Source of the DNA: Octopus sinensis
Lineage: Eukaryota
Assembly: GCF_006345805.1 (NCBI RefSeq)
Contig: NC_042999.1
Location: 64,976,001-65,040,000 of the forward strand
Length of the DNA stretch: 64,000 nt
Direction: 5' to 3'
Shown: positions 40,452-53,719 of the stretch, piece by piece
How positions within the stretch are numbered: the stretch's first letter is position 1
How the letters are laid out: every line of letters starts with the position of its first letter
The notes under the pieces: generated by a model
Seen by the model: only the letters and a program-made list of their open reading frames with translations
What the model was told of the DNA's origin: nothing
The model's database searches: none
Position numbers and translations under genes: made by a program

Positions 40452-41303
40452 CATACACACACAAATACACACACACACATATATATATATACATATACAC
40501 ACACACACAATCACACACGCACTTAAATATTGATATATGTATGTATTTGTGCATGTAGAGATAGAAAGATATATAGATAGAATGATAACGTGTCTATACA
40601 CATGTATGTGTTTTTGTTTGTGCGCGCGTATAGATATACGTATGATTTAATATTGTTATACATACACCCATACACATCCAAACACATTCACACACACACA
40701 CACGCTCCCATGAACACACACACACACACACGCTCCCATGAACACACACACACACAACACACTCTCTCTCATATAGACAATCCTGCTTCGCACAAATTTC
40801 CCGCCACTGACACCATCACACACACAAATACATATATGTATATCATTAAATATTGATAACAGTATTCGTTGAAATATTCCTCTGATAACAAAGATATTCC
40901 ACGCTTTCTGTTGTTATTCTATGAAATAATGCAACAAAGCTGATCGACTGATGAAATAAAAATATTGACCCAGAATCACAAATATTTACCAACGCTAGAT
41001 TATATGTTGCAGAAATACAGTATTGTTTTCTTTCGCTCAATGCTGTTGTATTCATCCCGGCTGTGTTAAGATTCACTCTCTTCAGTTATTTGTTGGTGAG
41101 GCATTGTTCTAGTTCGTGTTTATGTATGTATGTATGTATGTATGTATGTATGTATGTATGTATGTATGTATGTATGTATGTATGTATGTATGTATGCATG
41201 CCTATATCTATACAATTCTTTACTTCTCATCTATATGTATATATAGATCTCTCTATATCATTTATCTAGCTATAATATACATACTTACATAACATATCTA
41301 TCT

Positions 41304-41343
<40 letters not shown>

Positions 41344-41546
41344 CTATCTATCTATTATCTATCTATCTACCTATATATATTATATATATATTATATATAT
41401 ATTATATATATATATATATATATGTATATGTCTCTGTGCGTACATATGTATAAATATATATACATATATATGTATATTCTTATACATATGTACACACACA
41501 CACACACATATATATACATATACATATGTACACACACAGAGACATT

Positions 41547-41584
<38 letters not shown>

Positions 41585-41986
41585 CATACGCGTGTATGTA
41601 CAGGCATACATTATGCATTACGTGTGTGTATGTATGTGTGCATGTGGGCGTGTGTGTGCGTTTGTCCGAATGAAAGTGCTTCGTTCGCTTATCTCATTAC
41701 GCATGTAGAACGCTTTGTGGCTATAACATTTATTTCACATTGCAATGCGACTGCATGTCTACACACGCGCGCACACAAACACCGACAAACACATGAGTTC
41801 ACACACACGCACACACATGCGATAAGTGATCTCCAATAATAAGCCTGAAACCAGTGGTAACATTGTGACAGGCCATAACATGCAACTCGTAGGTACATAT
41901 ATACATAAACACTCATAGACACATATATACAAAAACGCAGATACGCGCATACACACACACACACACACATACACATTCTCATATGC

Positions 41987-42018
<32 letters not shown>

Positions 42019-42432
42019 CACTCGCACACAGTCCGCCCGCACACACTGTCATGCACACACACAAAGATACACACGACCGGCTACACCAACGCACCCACAC
42101 ACGTGCCACCACGCCTCTCTCTCTCTCTCACTTGCACACGCACACACACATACACATACGCACGCACACACGTACACAAACCGACAGAAACATGAGCTCA
42201 CCCACACACTCATATGTACATATGCACACACACTCATACGCACACTCACAGTCACATTGTGACTCTGTTATACGCACACGTGCAAACAAATACACACACA
42301 CACAGCCACACCTATCCAACTTCCACACTTTTCACTTCTCTCGACCGAGCAAACACCAACCACTACCCTACACATTAGTTCACACCCGCATACATACATC
42401 ACTCATATAAACACAAGCACACACAGATACTA

Positions 42433-42480
<48 letters not shown>

Positions 42481-42588
42481 GCCATCTTCTCAATATTCTG
42501 TCCTCTATCTTTTGTCACTTCAGGTTACTTCAGCAACCAACGTGTTGTTGGTGATTTTCTTTCCCTCTCTGGATTTTTCACTTTCTTC

Positions 42589-42621
42589 TTTCTGACGAAG
42601 AGCTATGTTCGAAACATCAAA
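42589..42621 (+). ncRNA. Minimal hammerhead-like motif, canonical core, weak helices
   Basis: UUU|CUGACGA|A|GAGC-UAU-GUUC|GAAA|CA|UC|AAA. The palindrome is broken (ACAU) and helix I is only 3 bp. Confidence 0.55.
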
Positions 42622-42734
42622 ATATTTTTATTGAGCGTCAAACTGGTCCTTTCTTCCCGCACGTCCTTTTGTCTGTTATTGTTAATTTTATAGTTCGTTT
42701 AATTAAATTAAACACACACGCACACACACACATA

Positions 42735-42898
42735 GGGGAAAAATCCAAAAAAATCCAAAAGACGGAGGCAGGTGGTGTAGACAACAAACAGATGTATTAG
42801 TTTAACGCTCGGGAAGTGAAAAATTCTTCCACAGAAAAGAACACAAAAAGAAACAAGGCAAGAAAATAAAGAATATGTAGTGGCTAGCGATCTATCAT
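42735..42898 (-). mobile_element. Copy of the 40.2 kb repeat family with the hammerhead partly deleted
   Basis: Minus strand CTGTGGAAGA followed by a deletion, then TTCCCGAGCGTTAAACTAATACATCTG, homologous to 40218-40392 and 51488-51670. Confidence 0.6.
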
Positions 42899-42948
42899 TA
42901 TATATATATATATGAAAAAAAATATTGCAATAAAATAGTATTACTTAC

Positions 42949-43019
42949 CGGGCAAATAAAGCACCGTAAAGGTAAAAGTATAAGTATAGAATAGTGGTAC
43001 AACATGGCACCAATGTTTG
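42949..43019 (-). CDS. Candidate isolated exon (possibly signal-peptide or TM coding); unverified
   Basis: Minus strand TATTTCCAG| 71 nt |GTAAGT. All three frames are open. GCCATG begins MLYHYSILILLPLRCFICP. No partner exons were identified. Confidence 0.2.
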
Positions 43020-43074
43020 CTGGAAATAGCGGGCGATGATTTTACGACGCTTTAGTAAAACTTCATTGTATATA

Positions 43075-43497
43075 TTCTTTTCTACTCTAGGCACAAGGCC
43101 GGAAATTTTGAGGGAAGGGGCCAGTCGATTAGATTGAACACAGTACGCCACTGGTATTTAAATTATCGACCCTGAAAGGCAAAGTCGACCTCGGCGGAAT
43201 TTGAACTCAGAGCGTAAAGACAAACGAAATACCTGTCTCATTATTACCCACAAGAGGCTAAACATAGAGGGGACAAACAAGGACAGACAAACGGATTAAG
43301 TCGATTACATCGACCCCAGTACGTAACTGGTACTTCATTTATCGACCCCGAAAGGATGAAAGGCAAAGTCGAACTCGCCAGAATTTGGACTCAGAACGTA
43401 GTGGCAGACGAAATACCGCTAAGCATTTCGCCCGTTGTGCTAACGTTTCTTTTTTTTATTGCCCACAAGGGGCTAAACATAGAGGGGACAAATAAGG
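43075..43497 (-). mobile_element. Three concatenated family A SINE units
   Basis: Units at about 43075-43232, 43233-43447 and 43448-43497, with junctions inside the head of the neighbouring unit. Confidence 0.8.
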
Positions 43498-43698
43498 AAG
43501 CAATTTCAACAACGCATTACTCATTCGACTAGCTTGCGGCTCCCTGTCAATAAAATTGGGAATACATCGAGATAAATCGCCAAAGTATATACATGCACCT
43601 GCGATTTAAATGCACAGACACACACACACACACACACAGACACATACACGCATACACACACACACACACACATACAATACATACCTACATATGGTGCG

Positions 43699-43784
43699 TT
43701 GGCCAAGTGTCTTCTACTATAGCCTCGGGCCGACCAAAGACTTGTGAGGGGATTTGGTAGATGGAAACTGAAAGAACCCCGTCG

Positions 43785-43826
<42 letters not shown>

Positions 43827-44068
43827 ATATATATTATATATATAATGTGTGTATATGTTTGTGTGTCTGTGTTTGTCCCCCCAACATCGCTTAACAATCC
43901 ATGCTGGTGTGTTTACGTCCCCGTAACTTAGCGGTTCGACAAAAAGTCCGATAGAATAAGTACTAGGCTTACAAAGAAAAAGTTTTGGGGTCGATTTGCT
44001 CGGCTAAAGGCGGTGCTCCAGCATGGCCACAGTCAAATCACTGAAACAAGTAAAAGAGTAAAAGAGAA
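43699..44068 (+). mobile_element. 5'-truncated family C SINE
   Basis: AAGTGTCTTCTACTATAGCCTCGGGCCGACC ... AAACAAGTAAAAGAG. Confidence 0.85.
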
Positions 44069-44323
44069 ATATGTATATTTATATATACACGTGTGCGTGT
44101 ATGTGTGCATGTGCGTACGTCTGTATTTGTATGTATCTCCAGACACACGCACACACATATCATTATCATAAATACATGGATATAATGCAGCCATACATAG
44201 GTTAGAAACAAAACACCTAATTAATCGTATATTCAGTATCGCAAGAATTGCTTACATCACATTTCCTTAAAGATTTCACATACGGCACAATCACTAGAGC
44301 CGAAACGGCGATATCCTCCTCCT

Positions 44324-44616
44324 CCGACCAGGCTATCAGATGTTGCTACACATCGCTTGTCACAATGCGTTTCGCATTGTTTTAGCCTTCAAATGACGCC
44401 ACCCCGCTGGCTAAGCGACCAGGCCAAGAGAAGAAAGAGTGAGAGAAAGTTGCGGCGAAAGAGTGCAGCAGGGATCGCCACCACCCCCTGCCGGAACGTC
44501 GTGGAGCTATAGGTGTTTTCGCTCAATAAACACTCACAATGCCCCGTTTGGGAATCGAAACCGCGATCCTACGACCGCGAGTTCGCTGCTCTAACCACTG
44601 GGCCATTGCGCCTCCA
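44324..44616 (-). mobile_element. Family D SINE with an alternative 3' tail
   Basis: Head and CTTTCGCCGCAACTTTCTCTCAC body as in 52985-53298; tail GGTGGCGTCATTTGAAGGC..CTGATAGCCTGGTCG is different. Confidence 0.8.
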
Positions 44617-45243
44617 TACGGCGATATTTATTATATTCTAATACACCAGACAGACAGACAGGTACACGTGTGACTGCGCCGTCGTCACACGCTGTCTGAG
44701 ATATGCAACACCATACGCGTGCGCGTACACACAAACACAGACGTTCAGAGACACTCACACATACACACGCAAGCACAATACATACACGCACGCAGTTGCC
44801 TACTCGCTTCGTTGTGCTGTGAATTTTTTTTTTTTTACCATTCTGTAAGAATATATTATTCCGTGTTTTGGAAACTATTCTTACGTAACCTTCCTATGAT
44901 GTCGGCCCTGTATGCGGTGAGAGGGAGAAATTTCGGCTGCACGTGTTCGCCGTCGCAAACGCAAACACGCAATCCTTCTCTCTTTCTCCCCCTCTCTCTC
45001 TCGCTCTCTCACACACACACAGACACACACACATAGACATTTACACACATGCATACAAGAACTTATTCTCAAACGCCACGCGTGTTTATAACTATCGATC
45101 CATCTTTCTGTATGCCTGTCTGTCTGTATAAGCATAAACGTTTGTTACAGCAGGCACGAGTAACTCTTTTTCAGAAGCAGAGCGCATGAGACACGGTTCA
45201 TCTTTAGGTGGGCTGCAGGTTGCACACATATATGACCGATATA

Positions 45244-45281
<38 letters not shown>

Positions 45282-45761
45282 TATGTATATATGTATATAT
45301 GTATGTAGGTATGTATGTATGTATATATACATACATATATAAATATACATATATATATATATATATTACAGATATAATTAACGAGGACTATGATTTCATT
45401 ATTTTTTGCCATACGTGAGTTACAAATATTGTTGTCTGTGGAGAATATTTTTGTAGAAAAAGGAAATAGTAGTCCTTTGGCTGCTATTTCTAATATTTTC
45501 GGTATGTGGTCATGCAACTTGGGCAAACCTTATTGTTATAATATATATATAATATATATACATAGATACGTATATATATATAGGTATATATATGCATATA
45601 TATATATATGTATATATATATAATATATAATAATATATACTATATATATATATATAATATATAATATATATATATATATATCTATATATATCTATATATA
45701 TATATATATATATATATAATATCTATATATATTATATATATATATATACACATATATATCT

Positions 45762-46112
45762 CACTGCGTGACACTTGGGCAAATGTCTTCGACTATAGCC
45801 TCGGGCCGACCAAAGCCTTGTGAGTGAATTTGGTAGACGGAAACTGAAAGAAGCCCGTCGTATATATGTATATGTATATATATATATATGTGTGTGTCTA
45901 TGTTTGTGTGTCTGTGTTTGTTCCCGCTCCACCATCGTGTGATAACCAATGCTGGTGTGTTTACGTCCCCGTAACTTAGTGGTTCGGCAAAAGAGACCGA
46001 TAGAATAAATACTAGGCTTAGAAAGTATAAGTCCTGGGGTCGATTTGCTCGACTAAAGGCGGTGCTCCAGCATGGCCACAGTCAAATGACTGAAAGAAGT
46101 AAAAGAATAAAA
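45762..46112 (+). mobile_element. 5'-truncated family C SINE
   Basis: Clear homology to other family C copies. Confidence 0.85.
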
Positions 46113-46659
46113 TAGTATAGTATATATACAAGCTCGGGATTAAATCTATTACATCGATTCGTCTTCCACTGGTAATTATTCAATTGACCTCGAAATGATG
46201 AAGAGCGAAGATGATGCCGCTAAGCATTTTGCCCGGCGTGCTAACGATTCAGCCAGCTCGTCGCCTTCAGGGACAAATAGATGATCCTTTCTACTAAAGG
46301 CACAAGGCCTGATATTTGGGGGAAGGAAGCAGTCGATTACAACGACCCCAGTTCTTAGAACTCACTTGATCTTAGTTTAGCGACACCAAAGGGAGAAAAG
46401 GCAAAGTCGACTTCGGCAGAATTTGAACTCAGAGCGGAAAGACGGACGAAATGTTGCAAAGCGTTTCACACGGCGTACCAACTATTTTGTCAGCACGCCA
46501 CCTTAAGAGCCAAAATAATAATGACACCAAAACCCCACCCCCAACGCCAAAAGCAAAAATACCTGTCAAGGAGGGAGCCCCTAAAGAGTCACAAAGCCCT
46601 GATAAACACATACATGTATGAGCAAACATACACACATACATATAACACATATACATACA

Positions 46660-46727
<68 letters not shown>

Positions 46728-46735
<8 letters not shown>

Positions 46736-46892
46736 GCGGGTGGTAAGAAGCTTGCTTCCCAGCCACATGGTTCCGGGTTCAGTTCTACTGCGTGGCACCT
46801 CAGCAAGTGTCTTCTATTAGAGCCTTGGCCGACCAAAGCTTTGAGAGGGGATTTTGTTGATGGAAACTGGAAGAAGCCCGTCGTATATAAAT

Positions 46893-46928
<36 letters not shown>

Positions 46929-47090
46929 CGGGGTGTGTGTGTTTGTGTTTGTTCCCCTGCCATCACTTGACACCCGATGCTGGTGGGCAAAAGAGACCGA
47001 TAGTATGCGTACTAGGCTTACAAAGAATAAGTCGCGCTTCGATTTCTTTGACTAACTTTGACTTGAAGGCGGTGCTCCAGTATGGCCGCA
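46728..47090 (+). mobile_element. Family C SINE
   Basis: Head GTGGTAAGAAGCTTGCTTCCC..GGTTCAG, central microsatellite and tail. Confidence 0.8.
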
Positions 47091-47405
47091 TCTATCGTAT
47101 TAGAATACATATCGTTTTACTTTCATATGTCCATTCAGTGTCGACGTGCATACTTAAGGCTCTGCCGGCGTCTTTCGCACGCACCTCCATTATGGGAAGT
47201 CCTCGGTCTTATCATAAATGGTATGAAACTAAGTATTACCATTCGGGTTGATAACTGTTGAAAAATTAGGGACTCTCTGTATCTTATACGAATACTTTAT
47301 TTTTATCTGTCGTTGTTTACTTATAATGCACTTTTCATTTATCAAGTCATAGTGCGCAACACACACCGACGTTTATTAACAATAAGTTTAATATGTATGT
47401 AATAT

Positions 47406-47492
<87 letters not shown>

Positions 47493-47493
<1 letters not shown>

Positions 47494-47950
47494 CAAAGTG
47501 GAGTTCTAAGGTACCGCACGAGTGGAATATTATACGAAAGAGGTTGGAAAATGCAATTTTAAAAGATGTTATTTACTTTACCGGTTTCTCTTTTTAGAAA
47601 AAGATCGTCAAAAGTAACATGTAAAAGTTTGGTTGCGTTAATTATTGGTTGTTACAAAATGCTACAATACATATATACATTCTTTGGTAACAAGAACATG
47701 TTAAGAACATAAAAAGTTTAACAAGTTCATTAAAATATTGGGCACAAAAGATTACAACATATATATACATTCTCAAGAAAATGTTAAAGATAGTTTCCAG
47801 AAGGAATTATTAAAAAGTTCAGTGGAATACTGGTATTGTATCTGTATGTACATACACGCACAGAATATTGGTTGTCACAAAATACTACAATACATATATA
47901 CATTCCTTGGTAACAAGAACATGTTAAGAAACAAAAAAGTTACAAGTTCA

Positions 47951-47982
<32 letters not shown>

Positions 47983-47999
47983 TACATATATATAGATAC

Positions 48000-48030
<31 letters not shown>

Positions 48031-48046
48031 ATATAACATGCATATA

Positions 48047-48095
<49 letters not shown>

Positions 48096-48106
48096 TATAT
48101 ATATAT

Positions 48107-48143
<37 letters not shown>

Positions 48144-48180
48144 TATAAGAGCATGAAAAAGTTAAACAAGTTCATTAATA
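47493..48180 (-). mobile_element. PLE pseudo-LTR-like repeat with internal partial tandem duplication
   Basis: 47493-47710 matches 13015-13232. Segment TTGGTTG..AACAAGTTCATTAA is repeated at about 47646 and 47868 and partly at 48150. Confidence 0.6.
47573..47617 (-). ncRNA. Minimal type I hammerhead-like motif, U3 core variant
   Basis: UUACUU|UUGACGA|UCUUUU-UCUA-AAAAGA|GAAA|CCGG|UA|AAGUAA. Helices I and II are each 6 bp perfect. Confidence 0.75.
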
Positions 48181-49400
48181 TATATATATGGTTTGCTGGT
48201 GAGAGGTTGATTGGAAACAAAATGGTAATACAACGATATAGGAGTTTCAGAGATGTGATGGTATATTTAAGAAATGTACAGTGTTATTTTGATTATATAT
48301 CGTAGAATAATAACGTATTTTGACTATTTACAATTAATCTACTTGTATCTTAATTAATAGTATTTTCTGTTTAACTTATTGTGTATGTATTTATACGTCC
48401 TTTGATGGGCATACATGTATTTTGTATTATATAATTTAGTAAATATTTGAATAGAAACATAGTGGAAATGTAAAGATATAGAATTTTTTTTTAGTGGTAG
48501 GATAGTTTGTTTACGGAAAATACGGTGTTATTTTAATTATGTACCTTATGATAATTTACATTCTTCATCGGGGTATAAATGTATGTATGATTGCATATAC
48601 GAATTTATGAATATATGAGTGGATATGTTTGTAAGCATGTATGTGTGTGTAAGTGTGGGCTAGTATCTCTTATGTTATGTTATGATTTGGCTGTGTATGT
48701 GCGTATGTGCGCACGTTTGCAAGTGTGCGCGTGTGGATGTTTCTCAACTAACCAACCGTAAAAAACAATTGTAATTTAAATTTAAAAGTATAAGCCAATC
48801 AAATTCCGGCGTCCGTTTCATAACTATTTCGGAAATTACTAATATATTAGTGTCACAATAGAAATTATTAATTCACATGCATCTGTGGAAATTAACACCA
48901 TGTAAACTGATTGACTTGACTGCTTTTTATATGTATGTGCAAATATTTAATGCCTTGCATAATACTGTGGTATTATGTTGGTCCCTAGTTTTGCTACTAT
49001 ATTGCTAATTATGTGATATATGTATTGTTTTATTAGTATTAATGTTATTAGAAATAAGAACAATGATATTGGTAGCATTAATGATATTGATAACAGTATT
49101 GATGTTAATATTAATGACTTTGTAAAATAATATAAGGTAATACTGACTCTATATATCTGCATTGAAGTATGAATATGTCTATGTTCTCTACGTTGTAATA
49201 TCTTAATATTAAGTTGAAAAACATTGAATATGGAACATATATATATTTTATTGATTTATATTATTTGTATTATTATGTATATGTATATGTGTATGTATAA
49301 GAGTATGAGTATATGCACTCATATATATATGTAAATGATTTATTATGGGTATGTACCCACACTTATATGAGTATATTTGTAATTTGGTTTATACTTTAGA

Positions 49401-49527
49401 ATCTCCGAAGAGGCCTTAAGATATCTTTGCAAATCTCTCATTTTTAACTTCATATTGACATACTATACATGGCTAATATAGGTAAAATGAGACATATTTA
49501 TCTGCATGGCCGAAGCAGCTGTAAGAT
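49401..49527 (+). ncRNA. Hammerhead-like motif, CCGAAGA/GAAG variant with about 90-nt loop II
   Basis: AUCU|CCGAAGA|GGCC...GGCC|GAAG|C-AGCU-G|UA|AGAU. Confidence 0.55.
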
Positions 49528-49743
49528 ATAGTGTATATTTAATGTATATCTATTTAATTTATTATTATATCCTCTTATAATTATTGTACCTATTGTATTG
49601 TATTACTCATTCATGTACGCTGTTTTGTTATATATTTTTAGTTTAACCTTAATGTTCTTATGTAATGGTTCAATAAAGTAAGTGATTGGGTATTATCTGG
49701 TAGTTGATTAATGATTTAGATGTATTTATCCATTTTCTGATTT

Positions 49744-49780
<37 letters not shown>

Positions 49781-50149
49781 TATATATACATACATACATA
49801 CAATATACATATATATACACATACATACAACATATATATATATATCGAAATACGGAATAAGTCGAAGGAGGGGCAGCTGAAGAAAGGGAATTTTCCTTGT
49901 GTTGAATGTCTTGTACACTGTTTTTTCGTTGTTTAAAAAAATGTCCGTTTCCATGGTTTTGTTTTTGTTTTCGTTTCTCATTGTGTTCGACGTTTTTTTT
50001 TTTGGTGTCCTGTACCCAAAAATGCATGTATATGTACATATAGATGTAGGTACGTACATATATGTATGTATATATGCATATGTTTTATTTATTATTTTGT
50101 TATTATATCTATATATATACATATATACAAATACATACATACAAATATA

Positions 50150-50194
<45 letters not shown>

Positions 50195-51084
50195 TCACCC
50201 ACATACATACGACATATATGTGTGTGGTGTGTGTGTAAACAAGATGATCATTGATGGACTGCCTTCGCCTTCTAGTTGTTCATGTAGGTTAGTCGAACGA
50301 CTGGTGACCCTGGGTTAACAAATAACAATGCGATAACAAATCCCACGGGTAGTAACACTAAACAAGGTAACATCAACAAAAATGACAAAATAACAAGGAA
50401 ATCTACATATACACCACCACCATCACCACCACCACCACCACCACCACCACCACCAATAATAACAATAACAATAACAGCAACAACAACAACAACAACAGTA
50501 ACATCAAGAGAGAAATGTAAACTGAGGCCAGAGGGTTTAGATATGGAATATCCACAGCATATTACGCAATACGTACGATACGCGCTGTGATGTTGCGTTA
50601 ACATGTAATATGGATCATAGACGTGTGTGTAAGTTCGTCTGAACGCTAGAGGAAGGCGCGCAGTTGTGTGTGTTTGCTAAGACCTGTATAATAGTTCTGT
50701 ACACATGTGCTCTTTCCTCTGTGTGTGTGTGTGTGTGTCTCTATTGCATGTGTATTGTATGCGTGTACGTTTATGATGTTACGCTCTAGTGTTTGCGTGC
50801 GAGCGTGTGTGCGTAAGCCTATGTTGTCTGTGTTGTGTGTGTGTGTGCGTATCGTACGTATTGTGTATTATGTTGTGTGTGTTGTGTGTGTGTGTGTGTA
50901 GCGATGGAATCAAGGAAAATTTCTCATGAGGTTTGATCGATAACATTCGATTATCGCATTCATATATAAATCTATACAATTATTTACGTGTAAATAAACA
51001 CACGGACAAGCACATACACGAATACATACACCTACACACATAAATATATATACATGTATAGATACATACATACAAACTACCTAC

Positions 51085-51085
51085 A

Positions 51086-51162
<77 letters not shown>

Positions 51163-51167
51163 GTCTG

Positions 51168-51246
<79 letters not shown>
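51085..51246. repeat. (ATCT)n microsatellite
   Basis: Directly visible, with a short (CTGT) interruption. Confidence 0.95.
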
Positions 51247-51250
<4 letters not shown>

Positions 51251-51554
51251 GTTATTAAGGCGCATGAATGGTTACACTTGCGGTAGTGTGTGGGTATTGA
51301 TGTGTGCTTTCATCAGGGTCCCGGTTCTTATCTGTCTGTCCCTCTATTTCTTTAAGCCCTCCCTCTAATTTTCTATCGTGGTCCCTTTCTCACTCTCTCA
51401 GTCTTTTTTCTCTCTCCCTCTTTGAATATATATATCCATATATTTTCTTTTCTTTACTGTCTCTTTCCATTTTGGCAATATATATATAGTTGAAATTTAT
51501 AGAAAAACAAACGACAATCAGGTGTATTAATTTCACGTTCAGAGAAATGAAAAT

Positions 51555-51592
51555 GTCTTTTACGTTTCGAGCCTTCGCTGTTCAACAGTAAG
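51555..51592 (-). ncRNA. Minimal hammerhead-like motif, U6 variant, degenerate
   Basis: CUGUUGA|A|CAGC-GAAG-GCUC|GAAA|CG|UA|AAAGAC; same family as 40275-40314. Confidence 0.6.
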
Positions 51593-51679
51593 GAATAAGA
51601 GAAAATAAACAGAGAGAATTAAAACAAAGCAACCTGTAGATTTAGCGGTCAAGCAGATCGACTATTTTCTTTATATGTA

Positions 51680-52118
51680 CAGGGTGCGTAAGGTATTTGA
51701 GGACATACCGTTTTTGGGTCATTGCTGCATTTTTTGCTAATCTTGTATAATCTTTGTTTCAGAAAATAATAATGGCAGACCCTCTGCTTACTCAAGAAAT
51801 GAAGAGGCGTGCTATTATTGTAAGCAGAGCGATTTAGAAATATCTCGAATTTTAAGTTGCCAGATCTTTCGTCTACAAAGTTTGTAAGGAGTTAGAGACT
51901 AAAGATGGAAAACGTATCACCAGTACCAAAGCATAAAAAGCATTCTAAACACTCTGAAATCATCAGAACACCTGAATTTATCCAGCAAGTTCAACAGAGC
52001 ATTGATTACAATCTCAGAAAGTTCATGGGGTCAATTGCAAAAGATTTCCATGTGTCAGAAGTAACAGTCAGAAATGTTGTCCACGAAGACATCAGATATA
52101 GGTCTTATATGATGAGGA
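51680..52118 (+). mobile_element. 5' half of a second maT-like transposon
   Basis: TA|CAGGGTGCG terminus. ATG at 51772 MADPLLTQEMKRRAIIV..; then NVSPVPKHKKHSKHSEIIRTPEFIQQVQ..VRNVVHEDIRYRSYMMR; truncated. Confidence 0.75.
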
Positions 52119-52119
52119 T

Positions 52120-52790
52120 GCTACTCAGCAACTCCGTTGGCCCATCTGTTGTCTGTGATCAATGCCACATGTCCGGCACAACGGAATTTGTACTTTCGAT
52201 ATTCTACGATCGCATTCTTCACTGAGCTCCGTTCACGAATATTTAAATGCGAGAGAAAGGTGTGATAGTTTCACGCCATCTGCCGAGTCATTGTCTCTCT
52301 TGAACATTTCTCGACATAGTGAAGAGATTTAGCGACGTGGTTTCTCTTTATTTTTCACGGATTTCTCAATTGTGATTCTTGTAGCGATAACAGTGCTGAT
52401 TTGGCGGCTCATACATTGCTTGCAACCCTGAGCGGTTCGGTGTATTGCGCCTGCACACCTTATATTTCAATAGTTTTCAACAATGCATTCATCTAGGCTC
52501 TATCGAAAACCTTTTCGCAGTCGATAACAGCAATGCACAGAGATATCATTTGTTCTTTCACCTGTGCTATAAGCTGTTAAAAGTGAATAAGTGAACCAAC
52601 GTACTATAGATCTTACTGAAATCTTGCTCCCTCGACTGCTGGTCATCGAGATGTTTTGATAGACTGGTTTACGTCTGCTTGGGGCACATAATGAATACGA
52701 ATTGGGACACAGCTGCTGAAAACTCGAGTAGAATAAATCAGGATAGAAGGCGTCTGACACATTAACAATTGTACCTGTCCACCTATCTTA
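52120..52790 (-). mobile_element. RTE-clade LINE relic (RT with internal deletion)
   Basis: LDDQQSREQ..FS, LCIAVIDCEKVFD (cf. LCIAFIDYEKAFD) and FRCAGHVALITDNRW (cf. WAGHVAR..DNRW). Confidence 0.7.
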
Positions 52791-52984
52791 ATAAATGGTT
52801 GTTGACTTATTTGTAAGACTTACAATTTTGAGGGGAGGGAATTTGTCGCTTACACCGACTCTGTACTTGACTGGTACTTTATTTAATCGTCTTCTAAAAG
52901 ATAAAGTGCTAAGTTGATCTTGACAGAATTTGAAATGAGAACGTAAGGAAGCGGAAGAAATAAATATAATGCATTTTGTTCGAT

Positions 52985-53298
52985 AGTGGAGGCACATGGC
53001 CTAGTGGTTAGAGCAACTGACTCGCGGTCGAGGGATCGCGGGTTCGAATCTCAGACCGAGCGATGTGAGTGTTTATGAGCGAAACACCTAAGCTCCAAGC
53101 GTCTCCGGTAGAAGATAATGGTGAACTTCTGCTGAATCTTTCGCCACAACTTTCTCTCACACTTTCCTTCTGCATCAAGCAGCTCATCTGCGACAGGACC
53201 GGCGTCCCGTCCAGGTGGGGAACCTATACGCCAAGGAAACCGGAAAACCGGCCCTTATGAGCCAGGCGTTGCTCGAGAAGGAACAAACAAACAACAAA
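52985..53298 (+). mobile_element. Full-length family D SINE with 13-bp TSD, inserted into a family A SINE
   Basis: TSD CATTTTGTTCGAT at 52972-52984 and 53299-53311; (AAAC)n-like tail. Confidence 0.9.
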
Positions 53299-53719
53299 CA
53301 TTTTGTTCGATGCTCTGACGATTCTGTCTGTAATCGCTTCTAACTGAATCAGAAGACGAGAAATATTGGTACAGTAGAGTCGATTAAATCGTTCTCGGTA
53401 ATTGACTTTATTTTACCGACCCCGAAGTGATGAAACACGAAGTCGATCTTGGATCAGTTTGAGTTCAGAACGTAGAGTTGTACAATAACATAATGTTGGG
53501 TTCGCTTTCCAACCGCGAGGTTCCAGCTTCTATTCCTCTGTAGCACGTTGAGCGAGACTTTTCTACTATAGCCCCAGGTTGTCCATAAATAATATCTCAT
53601 GGATTTAGTAAAAATATGAACGGAAAATTTGACAAAATGACAACACAGAAAATTCGTAGCAATGTACAAATATTGAAGGAATGTGTACAGGACAGTTTGG
53701 TTATCCGGTGCGCATCTAG

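Noticed and set aside
45362-45535. 170-bp unique island between TA arrays with open frames on both strands
   Set aside because: No splice signals or recognisable motif; probably a TE scrap.
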